Positions 56,442 through 64,000 of a DNA stretch of 64,000 nucleotides are shown in pieces. This DNA comes from a virus. The DNA lies in IMG/VR virus record IMGVR_UViG_3300044733_004754; one strand, given 5' to 3'. The number at the start of each line of letters is the position of its first letter. The stretch's first letter is position 1. Under the pieces are notes generated by a model, which worked only from the letters and a program-made list of their open reading frames with translations, searched no databases and was not told the origin of the DNA. Both the position numbers and the translations under genes were made by a program.

Positions 56442-56993
56442 ATGGCATTCAACGTAAATGAAATTAGAAGTCAGCTAACACTGGGGGGAGCACGTGGCTC
56501 CCTTTTCCAGGTGACTTTTAGTAATCCTGCAAATAGTGTTGCTGATATTAAGGTGCCTTTCATGGTACGCGCAGCACAGATTCCTGAATCGACACTAGGT
56601 ACTATCGAAGTGCCTTACTTTGGTCGTAAAGTAAGGCTAGCTGGTGACAGAACTTTCGGTGATTGGTCGGTCACAATTATCAATGATGAAGATTTCCTTA
56701 TTCGTAATGCTATGGAAGAATGGTCAAACAGAATCAATTCGCTAGAGGGTAATTTAAGAGTATTTGGTGCTGCAGCACCGTTACTATATAAATCAACAGC
56801 GGAAGTTACTCAGTTTTCGAAAACCGGTGTTCCTATTCGTTCGTATAAATTTAATGGCATCTATCCTTCGTCTGTTTCGTCAATTGATTTGAACTGGGCC
56901 GACACAGATTCGATTGAAGAGTTTCAGGTTACCTTCCAGTATGACTGGTGGGAAGTGAGTGGCGGTATTACTGGCACAGCCGGTGGCGCCTAA
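56442..56993 (+). CDS. gp19: Tail tube protein gp19
   Basis: GGAR..LF.V, AA..P.S.LG.IEVPY.GR....AGDRTF..W..T..NDEDF and IEEF.VTF.Y motifs. Confidence 0.95.
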   Translation: MAFNVNEIRSQLTLGGARGSLFQVTFSNPANSVADIKVPFMVRAAQIPESTLGTIEVPYFGRKVRLAGDRTFGDWSVTIINDEDFLIRNAMEEWSNRINSLEGNLRVFGAAAPLLYKSTAEVTQFSKTGVPIRSYKFNGIYPSSVSSIDLNWADTDSIEEFQVTFQYDWWEVSGGITGTAGGA

Positions 56994-56994
56994 C

Positions 56995-57027
56995 AGAAGA
57001 TGAGCGACGCCAGTCGCTCTCTTCTTT
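56995..57027 (+). terminator. Stem-loop between gp19 and gp20 (weak terminator or processing/stability hairpin)
   Basis: AGAAGA-t-GAGCGAC-gcca-GTCGCTC-TCTTCT followed by only a short T run. Confidence 0.5.
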
Positions 57028-57039
57028 AATGGAGTAGTT

Positions 57040-58662
57040 ATGGCAAACCTGTTTGGATTTGAGATCCGTCGCAAGGTCGATCCAGAAGTTGAGCAAAAAC
57101 AGCAACCAACTTTTGCACCAGAAGTCACAGATGATGGTGCAGTTGTTGTTGCAGCTGGTGGTGCTTATGGTACATACATTGATTTACAAGGTGCAGCACG
57201 TACAGAGGCTGAGCTTGTTACCAAATACAGAGAAATGTCACAGCACCCAGAAGTGGAGCGTGCTGTTGATGATGTTATTAACGAAGCAATTGTTAATGAT
57301 CCAGACCAAGACACAATCAGTATTGATCTGGAAGAAACAAAACTATCACCCAACATTAAAAAACTAATCACGCAAGAATTTGAAAATGTTCTTGATTTAT
57401 TAAGTTTTGAAAAGACGGGATTTGATCTATTTCGTAGATGGTATGTTGATGGGCGAATGTACTATCACGTTGTGATTGACGTTACAAAACCAGGCGATGG
57501 TATTAAAGAGCTACGGTATATTGACCCACGCAAGCTGCGAAAAGTACGTGAAGTCACCCGCCGCCGGAACAAAAATTCTGTTACCTCACAGACGGAAGTT
57601 GTACAAGAATACTTCATATACAATGAAAAAGGATTCCAGAACAAAGCCGGTGAAGTTGGTACTGCCAGCAATGTTCAAGGATTAAAGATAGCGCTCGACA
57701 GTATTGTTCATGTTACGTCGGGCCTTACCGACACAAACAGTACACTTGTTTTGTCACATCTTCATAAAGCGATAAAACCATTAAATCAACTCAGAGCTTT
57801 AGAAGACGCCACAATCATATACAGAATATCAAGAGCACCAGAGCGTCGTATATTTTATATTGATGTTGGTAACCTGCCAAAAATGAAAGCAGAACAGTAC
57901 CTACGCGATATGATGATTCGTCATAAAAATAAGATCGTATATGACTCATCTACTGGTGAGATACGCGACGACCGTAAATTTATGACGATGTTAGAAGATT
58001 ATTGGTTCCCAAGACGAGAAGGTAGCAGGGGTACAGAGATTTCAACTCTACCGGCTGGTCAAAACCTCGGAGAGTTACAGGACGTCGAATACTTTCAAAA
58101 GAAATTATACGAGTCGTTGAACGTTCCAACATCACGTCTTCAGTCAGACAACACATTTATGTTGGGTAACCAAGACGCTCAGATATCTCGTGATGAGATG
58201 AAATTTGCCAAATTTATTGATAGAGTGAGGACAAGGTTTAATCATTTATTTCTTGAAGCTCTCTCGAAACAATTAGTGTTGAAAAACATAATGACTATCG
58301 AAGAGTGGGAACAGATACAAAATAAAGTCACCTTCAATTATGCGAAGGACAATTTTTATGAAGAGCAGAAGAATGCATTGATTCTTCGCGACCGTCTTAC
58401 TTCTTTGCAGACAATGGAACCATACATTGGTCGATATTTCTCTAATGATTGGGTACGTAAGCATGTTCTGTATCAAACAGAAGATGATATCGATGAGATG
58501 AATAAGCAAGTGAAAAAAGAGATGAAGGATCCCCTATACCAGATGCAGGTAGATACTGAGGGTACTCCTGTGGACAGCGCTCGTCCGCTCGCAAGTACAA
58601 CTGCTCAAGGACCTCAACCTGGTGGAGTCAGTTCCGTAGCTCCTGGTGATCAAAATAACTAA
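57040..58662 (+). CDS. gp20: Portal protein gp20
   Basis: FR.WYVDGR, LR.IDPRK, S.LHKAIKP.NQLR.LEDA..IYR..RAPERRIFYIDVGNLPK and EDYW.PRREG.RGTEI.TLP.GQNLG motifs. Confidence 0.97.
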   Translation: MANLFGFEIRRKVDPEVEQKQQPTFAPEVTDDGAVVVAAGGAYGTYIDLQGAARTEAELVTKYREMSQHPEVERAVDDVINEAIVNDPDQDTISIDLEETKLSPNIKKLITQEFENVLDLLSFEKTGFDLFRRWYVDGRMYYHVVIDVTKPGDGIKELRYIDPRKLRKVREVTRRRNKNSVTSQTEVVQEYFIYNEKGFQNKAGEVGTASNVQGLKIALDSIVHVTSGLTDTNSTLVLSHLHKAIKPLNQLRALEDATIIYRISRAPERRIFYIDVGNLPKMKAEQYLRDMMIRHKNKIVYDSSTGEIRDDRKFMTMLEDYWFPRREGSRGTEISTLPAGQNLGELQDVEYFQKKLYESLNVPTSRLQSDNTFMLGNQDAQISRDEMKFAKFIDRVRTRFNHLFLEALSKQLVLKNIMTIEEWEQIQNKVTFNYAKDNFYEEQKNALILRDRLTSLQTMEPYIGRYFSNDWVRKHVLYQTEDDIDEMNKQVKKEMKDPLYQMQVDTEGTPVDSARPLASTTAQGPQPGGVSSVAPGDQNN

Positions 58663-58677
58663 ATAATTGGAGGAATT

Positions 58678-58956
58678 ATGACTGATAAACAATTTACTAT
58701 TGCAGATATGATTGGAGCCGTAAACGATGAGAGTCCGAGTGGTTTTCAGGCTGCATTCAACTCATTAGTACTTGATAAGATACAAGATGCAATCAGTGCA
58801 AAGAAAGCAGAGATTGCAAGTAATTATTTTAACTACGAAGACGAAACAGAAGAAGAGGAAGACACGGAAGAAGAAACCTCAGACGCTGAAAGTAACGAAG
58901 GAACCGACGATGAAGACACTGAAACAGTTGCTGGAAAAGAAGACGGACAAAGCTGA
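58678..58956 (+). CDS. Prohead core protein (gp67-like), acidic
   Basis: F...V..KI..AI..KK.EIA..YF plus Glu-rich tail; directly after gp20. Confidence 0.6.
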   Translation: MTDKQFTIADMIGAVNDESPSGFQAAFNSLVLDKIQDAISAKKAEIASNYFNYEDETEEEEDTEEETSDAESNEGTDDEDTETVAGKEDGQS

Positions 58957-59788
58957 ACCAACGGCTCCTATTGAGCCTGATTCAGTTACTTCGTACGTTC
59001 CTAAATCAAAGGACGAGAAGCGCTTCATGGACAAGCATGTCGTTCAAAAGATAGACGACGCTAATGGCAATGGAGATGATGTCTTTCGTGGTTCAAACAT
59101 TAAGGCATATGATCGGTCTACGACAAGACATGGTTATAACACCAAACAAGATCAAGCTGTTTATGAGACAAAACAAGTGAAAACTCTAACACAAATTCTC
59201 GGTGAAAAAACTCTTACCCCAGCCGAAATGAAGAAACGCGAAGAAATCGCGAAGGCAATGGAGCGTGAGACACCAGGTATGGATAAGTCGAAGAAAATGG
59301 CTATTGCTACCGCTACTGCAAAGAGAGTGGCTGAAGAAGTTGAGGAACTTGATGAAGCAGCTCGACACGAACAATATGCAACATATCATGCAGGTGTTAA
59401 AGATATGTTGAAAAAAATTGGCACTTACGCTGATGCTCATAAAGAAGCAGCAATGTCGCCAACAGAATATAGTAAAGAAAAAGGCGGCTATATGCATATG
59501 GGTCATGTCTCAGCTATGAAGAGTCTTCACAGATCTCTTCAGGATATGCACGATAATTTACAGAGCGAGGTCGAATATTCGCAGCCACCCAAACCTCTTT
59601 TACCATATACAAACAAATTAAAAGAAGAAGCTGATCTGTTTAATATGTTTGACGACAGTGTTAAAGAACGATTAGAAGCAGTATATGAAGCTGTTGATGA
59701 CGAATGCAAACAGATCATTAACGAGATGCTCAAAGCAGGGGAATATGACGAGCTCGTGAGCATCATCGAGGAGGTTAATAATGGCTGA
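58910..59788 (+). CDS. Putative prohead core/internal head protein
   Basis: ATG 58910 (MKTLKQLLE); charged helical protein between portal and protease, with several x-x-E motifs resembling gp21 sites. Confidence 0.5.
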   Translation: MKTLKQLLEKKTDKAEPTAPIEPDSVTSYVPKSKDEKRFMDKHVVQKIDDANGNGDDVFRGSNIKAYDRSTTRHGYNTKQDQAVYETKQVKTLTQILGEKTLTPAEMKKREEIAKAMERETPGMDKSKKMAIATATAKRVAEEVEELDEAARHEQYATYHAGVKDMLKKIGTYADAHKEAAMSPTEYSKEKGGYMHMGHVSAMKSLHRSLQDMHDNLQSEVEYSQPPKPLLPYTNKLKEEADLFNMFDDSVKERLEAVYEAVDDECKQIINEMLKAGEYDELVSIIEEVNNG

Positions 59789-60023
59789 GACCGTAAAATT
59801 AATTGCCTCTGAGATTTCCGTAACTTCTGCTAATACGATTAGTGGTGCTAGTCTTGTAAGAGTATATGCTTCAGCCAATGCACTTATTACCTTAGCAAAC
59901 ACGGGTGGTACGATAGGTACATGCACAATGCCTGGTGGCACTATCGAATATTTTGTAAAACAACCAGCCGATACTATTGCATCGAACGTCGCAGTTCGGG
60001 CTACTTCAGTAGCATTTACGTAA
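59781..60023 (+). CDS. Small hypothetical protein (beta-rich)
   Basis: 80-aa ORF with GGAGG RBS just before gp21. Confidence 0.55.
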   Translation: MAETVKLIASEISVTSANTISGASLVRVYASANALITLANTGGTIGTCTMPGGTIEYFVKQPADTIASNVAVRATSVAFT

Positions 60024-60032
60024 GGAAAAAAA

Positions 60033-60692
60033 ATGAAGCTGATTACCGAACTTAACGAAGATGTCAAATACCTTATCGAAGAACGTGAAGGTAAGAAAAA
60101 CATGTTCATCGAAGGTATCATTATGCAAGGTAATATTGCAAATAAGAACGGTCGGATGTATAGAATTGAAACACTCGAACGAGAAATGAACAGATATAAC
60201 GAACAATATGTTTCGAAAAACCGAGCCTATGGTGAGTTAGGTCATCCATCTGGTCCGACGCTCAACTTAGAGCGAGCATGCATTATGTTCAAATCTCTTC
60301 GTCGTGAAGGGAATAATATTGTCGGCCGCGCTAAAGTTCTTGACACCCCAATGGGTAACATCGTTAAAGGATTAATTAATGAAGGAGCCAATCTAGGCAT
60401 TTCTTCAAGAGGCATGGGTAGTGTAAAAGAGGGTAAGGACGGAGTTATGGAAGTCCAGGACGATTATTACCTTGCAACAGCTGGTGACATCGTTGCTGAT
60501 CCTTCAGCACCCGAGGCATTTGTGCGAGGTATCATGGAAGGCGTTGAGTGGATTTGGGACAACGGTGTCCTAAAAGCACAAAAGCTCGAGCAGTATAAAG
60601 AAGAGATTAATCGTGGAGCCCGCCGCAAAATATCAGAAGAAACTGCAATTAATTTATTCAAGCAGTTTCTCTCAGAAATTACGAAAAGATGA
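60033..60692 (+). CDS. gp21: Prohead protease gp21
   Basis: MKLITE, N.NGR.Y, A.GELGHP, TP.G.I, G.SSRG.GS and D.VADPSAP.AFV.GI.E motifs. Confidence 0.96.
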   Translation: MKLITELNEDVKYLIEEREGKKNMFIEGIIMQGNIANKNGRMYRIETLEREMNRYNEQYVSKNRAYGELGHPSGPTLNLERACIMFKSLRREGNNIVGRAKVLDTPMGNIVKGLINEGANLGISSRGMGSVKEGKDGVMEVQDDYYLATAGDIVADPSAPEAFVRGIMEGVEWIWDNGVLKAQKLEQYKEEINRGARRKISEETAINLFKQFLSEITKR

Positions 60693-60695
60693 TTT

Positions 60696-60703
60696 TATAA
60701 ATA
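60696..60703 (+). promoter_or_regulatory. Late promoter TATAAATA upstream of gp22
   Basis: Exact consensus, intergenic. Confidence 0.85.
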
Positions 60704-60728
60704 AATAAAAAGTCAAAGGAGCTTTTAA

Positions 60729-61754
60729 ATGACCGTAAAACAAAAACAATTGGATGAAAAGATCCAAACTGGCGGCGGAGCTACTGGAGTTTCTCATACA
60801 GCAGATCCTGTTGCAAAAAATGCAACTCTTCCAGCATCGCATCTAGGCAACGGTGAGAAAATGAACACCACTGCTCACATTGCACCAGGTGAAGGTGAAG
60901 AAGAAACCAGTACCGAGAACAATGTTAAAACAACGAAAGACACAGCTGGTAGTAATAAAGCGTCTGTTGGTATGAAGGGCAGTGCTGCTACCCCTGGCCA
61001 ATCGTATAGCTTTGCTCCCAACAGTGTTAAAGAGGACGTAGAGGCCATGTTTGCTGGTTCAGAACTTTCCGAAGAGTTTAAAGAAAAGGCAGCTGTTATT
61101 TTTGAAGCTGCTGTTACTGCACAAGTAAATGAAGCTGTTGCTGATCTTGAAGAGCAGTATAACACAGCTCTTGCTGAAGAGCTAGCAAAGATTTTCGAAG
61201 ATCTGACAGATAAGATTGATCAGTATATGACCTACACGGTTGAGCAGTGGATGGAAGAGAATCAAGTTGCTATCGAACATTCGCTCCGTACTGAGATCAC
61301 TGAAGAGTTCATTACCAACTTAAAGAGTTTGTTTGAACAAAGCTACATTTCAATTCCTGAAGAGAAGTTTGATGTTGTCGAAGGTATGACAGCTGAAATG
61401 GAAGAAATGAAAGCCGAACTCGATAAGGCAATTGAAGAGAATATGGAGCTTAAAAATGCTCTAATCGAATCTTCACGTAAAGAAATTATTGCTCAGGTTT
61501 CTGAAGGTCTTGCTGCTACACAGTCTGAAAAACTTGTAGCTCTTGCTGAGGGTGTTGAGTTTGATTCTCTTGAGAACTATCGCAAGAAACTAGAGATTGT
61601 CAAAGAGAATTATTTCCCAACCGATAAGCCAGCTAGTGCAAAACAAAATCTTCTTGAACAAATCAATGAAGAGAATGTTGAGCCCGCAAAAGCAACTGTC
61701 AATAGCCCCGTGTCCGCGTACGCCCAAGCTATTTCCAGAACGGTTAAAAAATAA
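60729..61754 (+). CDS. gp22: Prohead scaffold/core protein gp22
   Basis: LSEEFK.KA..IFEAAV, D.Y..Y.VE.WM.EN..A, LK.LF....I.IPEEK and L.E.VEF......KL...KE.YF motifs. Confidence 0.92.
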   Translation: MTVKQKQLDEKIQTGGGATGVSHTADPVAKNATLPASHLGNGEKMNTTAHIAPGEGEEETSTENNVKTTKDTAGSNKASVGMKGSAATPGQSYSFAPNSVKEDVEAMFAGSELSEEFKEKAAVIFEAAVTAQVNEAVADLEEQYNTALAEELAKIFEDLTDKIDQYMTYTVEQWMEENQVAIEHSLRTEITEEFITNLKSLFEQSYISIPEEKFDVVEGMTAEMEEMKAELDKAIEENMELKNALIESSRKEIIAQVSEGLAATQSEKLVALAEGVEFDSLENYRKKLEIVKENYFPTDKPASAKQNLLEQINEENVEPAKATVNSPVSAYAQAISRTVKK

Positions 61755-61758
61755 TCTT

Positions 61759-61766
61759 TATAAATA
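61759..61766 (+). promoter_or_regulatory. Late promoter TATAAATA upstream of gp23
   Basis: Exact consensus, intergenic. Confidence 0.85.
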
Positions 61767-61807
61767 ATTAACATCCAATTAACTAAACCAAAAAGGGGAT
61801 AGAAAAA

Positions 61808-63163
61808 ATGTACCTTAATGAAGAAATTCAAAACAAGTGGGCTCCTGTATTGAACCACGACGATCTTCCTAAGATCGATAATAGCCATAAGCGGTCCGTC
61901 GTGGCACAGTTGCTTGAGAACACAGAAAGAGCTCTTATGGAAGCTGGTGGTCAGGCTCCTGGTAGCCAGTTCCTTGCAGAATCGCCAGTTCCTATCAACT
62001 CGGGTGTGTCTGGTGGTGCTGGTAACATTGCAACTTTCGATCCAGTGCTTATTAGCCTTGTTCGTCGTGCGATGCCTAACCTTATCGCTTATGACATTTG
62101 CGGCGTTCAGCCAATGACTGGCCCCACAGGCCTGATATTTGCAATGCGCTCGCAGTATGGTAACACGACATCTGCAAATGTTGCTGAGACATTCTACAAC
62201 GAAGTTAACACAGAATTCTCGTCTGTTGTGTCCGGTGCAAACACGCTTGGCCTCAAGCAGGTTGGTGGTGTTCCTGGTAACACTTCTGTCACAGCTAACT
62301 TGGCAGAGCAGGGTGTTTACAACTTTGCAAGAGGTATGTCGACGGCACAAGCAGAAGCTCTGGGAACAGATAGCAACACAGCTTTCCCACAGATGGGTTT
62401 CACGATCGACAAAGTTACGGTTACAGCAGTTTCGCGTGCTCTGAAGGCTGAATACACGATGGAACTTGCACAAGACCTTAAAGCAATTCATGGTCTTGAT
62501 GCAGAAACAGAACTCTCCAATATTCTTACTGGTGAGATTCTTGCTGAGATCAACCGTGAAGTTGTTCGTACAATCAACGTCACAGCAAAACAAGGTTGCT
62601 CGTCTGGTACCACAACAGCTGGTATCTTCGACCTTGACGTTGATGCAAACGGCCGTTGGTCGGTTGAGAAGTTCAAAGGTCTGATGTTCCAGATCGAGCG
62701 TGAAGCTAACCAAATCGCCAAAGACACACGTCGTGGCAAAGGTAACATCATCATCTGCTCGAGCGACGTTGCATCTGCTCTTCAGATGGCTGGTGTTCTT
62801 GATTACACGCCTGCTCTTAACAGCAACAACCTCCAAATCGATGACACGGGTAACACGTTCGCTGGTGTTCTGAACGGTCGTATGCGTGTTTATATCGATC
62901 CATATGCAACAGGCAACTATATGACTATCGGCTACAAAGGCTCGAGCGCCTTCGATGCTGGTATCTTCTACTGCCCATATGTTCCTCTCCAAATGGTTCG
63001 TGCTGTTGATCAAGACAGCTTCGCACCAAAGATCGGCTTCAAGACACGTTACGGCATGGTTGCAAATCCGTTTGCACAAGGCCTGACACGTACCAACCTT
63101 GGTGCTATGATCAAAGATAGCAACGTGTACTATCGTCGTACACTTGTTCAAAACCTGCTATAA
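61808..63163 (+). CDS. gp23: Major capsid protein gp23
   Basis: KW.PVL, FDPVLISLVRRAMPNLIAYDICGVQPM.GPTGLIFAMRS, SRALKAEYT.ELAQDLKAIHGLDAE and FYCPYVPLQM..GFKTRYG motifs. Confidence 0.98.
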   Translation: MYLNEEIQNKWAPVLNHDDLPKIDNSHKRSVVAQLLENTERALMEAGGQAPGSQFLAESPVPINSGVSGGAGNIATFDPVLISLVRRAMPNLIAYDICGVQPMTGPTGLIFAMRSQYGNTTSANVAETFYNEVNTEFSSVVSGANTLGLKQVGGVPGNTSVTANLAEQGVYNFARGMSTAQAEALGTDSNTAFPQMGFTIDKVTVTAVSRALKAEYTMELAQDLKAIHGLDAETELSNILTGEILAEINREVVRTINVTAKQGCSSGTTTAGIFDLDVDANGRWSVEKFKGLMFQIEREANQIAKDTRRGKGNIIICSSDVASALQMAGVLDYTPALNSNNLQIDDTGNTFAGVLNGRMRVYIDPYATGNYMTIGYKGSSAFDAGIFYCPYVPLQMVRAVDQDSFAPKIGFKTRYGMVANPFAQGLTRTNLGAMIKDSNVYYRRTLVQNLL

Positions 63164-63191
63164 AAGAAAAACAACAAGGCAGAGTTTTTTC

Positions 63192-63218
63192 AAAGGGGCG
63201 CTTCGGCGCCCCTTTTTT
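63192..63218 (+). terminator. Rho-independent terminator with cUUCGg tetraloop after gp23
   Basis: AAAGGGGCGC-TTCG-GCGCCCCTTT-TTT. Confidence 0.92.
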
Positions 63219-63259
63219 ATTGCATAAATATTTTATAGCACACATATGGAATATACGCA

Positions 63260-63781
63260 ATGACTGCTTTAACCAACCAACCAGAAAACACAAACTTTCT
63301 TTCGCCACTTGGCTACAAGTTGTTGATAAAGAAACTACCTCATGTAAACTTTTTCATCCAAGGCGTAGCTGTTCCGAGTGTTTCTCTAGGAACAGCCGAT
63401 GTTGATACTCCTTTTACAAGAATACCTTTCCCAGGTACTAAACTTACGTTCCAAAATTTAGAAGTGACATTTAAAATTGACGAGGACATGCAGAATTATA
63501 TTGAGGTATTCAACTGGATGAATGAGTTAGGATTCCCTGATAATTTTGCTGAATATCAAGCAATAGCTGCAAAACCTCTATACACTGGTGATGGTATATT
63601 CTCTGACATGACTCTTACCATCCTAACAAGTGCTATGAATCCCAATATTGCTATCGATTTCATAGACTGCTTCCCTGTTGACCTTTCCTCCATAATGTTT
63701 GATAGTACACCTGCCGATGTTGAGTATTTAACAGCTACTATTACTTTTGCTAATAGAAGGTTTAACATAAGAAGATTGTAA
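63260..63781 (+). CDS. gp3: Tail completion / tube terminator gp3
   Basis: NFLSP.G.K, P...FF.Q...VP.VSLG, L.V.F..DED..NY, SD.TL.IL.S and FP..LS motifs; CATAAATA upstream at 63223. Confidence 0.85.
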   Translation: MTALTNQPENTNFLSPLGYKLLIKKLPHVNFFIQGVAVPSVSLGTADVDTPFTRIPFPGTKLTFQNLEVTFKIDEDMQNYIEVFNWMNELGFPDNFAEYQAIAAKPLYTGDGIFSDMTLTILTSAMNPNIAIDFIDCFPVDLSSIMFDSTPADVEYLTATITFANRRFNIRRL

Positions 63782-63782
63782 T

Positions 63783-64000
63783 ATGAAATTTGAAGATATT
63801 ATGAATATGTGGGAACAAGATGCAAAGATGGATCAAACAGAGCTGGGGGAAGAAAGTGTAAAGGTACCTATTCTTCATTATAAGTATTATAAGATACTTG
63901 TTGATGAGGGGCTACTATACAAGAAATGTGAGATTGATTACAAGTCTCTTTACAAACTTAAATTTGAGTACTACATGGGTACTCTCGATAAAGAAACGCT
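63783..64000 (+). CDS. uvsY: Recombination mediator UvsY (3'-truncated)
   Basis: Hand translation MKFEDIMNMWEQDAKMDQTELGEESVKVPILHYKYYKIL...KFEYYMG; gp23-gp3-uvsY synteny. Confidence 0.85.
   Translation, partial: MKFEDIMNMWEQDAKMDQTELGEESVKVPILHYKYYKILVDEGLLYKKCEIDYKSLYKLKFEYYMGTLDKET

Noticed and set aside
61610-63151. 513-aa antisense ORF opposite gp22/gp23
   Set aside because: It is the shadow of a strongly codon-biased major capsid gene and has no recognisable motifs.
52546-63163. Introns, inteins or stop-codon recoding in core genes
   Set aside because: gp17, gp18, gp20, gp21 and gp23 are continuous and of normal length under the standard code; TAA, TGA and TAG all end genes in the window.

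Overview
This window is the late (virion) region of a large T4-like contractile-tailed phage, not a T-even type. It lacks recognisable gp9-gp12/wac and has no gp24 after gp23. Gene order: gp33(partial)-gp59-gp32 on +; a minus-strand block gp4-gp2-gp54-gp26-gp51 followed by two tape-measure-like genes, one ending in a T4-type lysozyme domain; then on + gp48-gp53-hub-gp5-gp25-gp6-gp7-gp8, a three-way split DUF4815/VrlC-like set, fibre genes, an accessory block, more fibres, gp13-gp23, gp3 and uvsY(partial). T4 late promoters (TATAAATA) and a cUUCGg terminator are visible. The most striking unexplained structure is a family of [Y/F]-[T/S/A]-G-x tetrapeptide-repeat modules in three genes: an insert of about 540 aa in gp7, and tracts of about 900 aa and about 1860 aa in two paralogous genes. 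Each module sits inside a loop of an otherwise intact repeat domain. In the two paralogues the super-repeat blocks are in mirror order about a central irregular tip, which points to giant out-and-back beta-hairpin filaments. Directly downstream is a cassette of putative chaperone, glycosyltransferase, oxygenase, glycosyltransferase and methyltransferase genes, and the virion proteins are rich in N-x-S/T. A candidate -1 programmed frameshift joins gp26 and gp51 upstream of the tape-measure genes. All product calls come from motif recognition and synteny by eye; no database searches were run.
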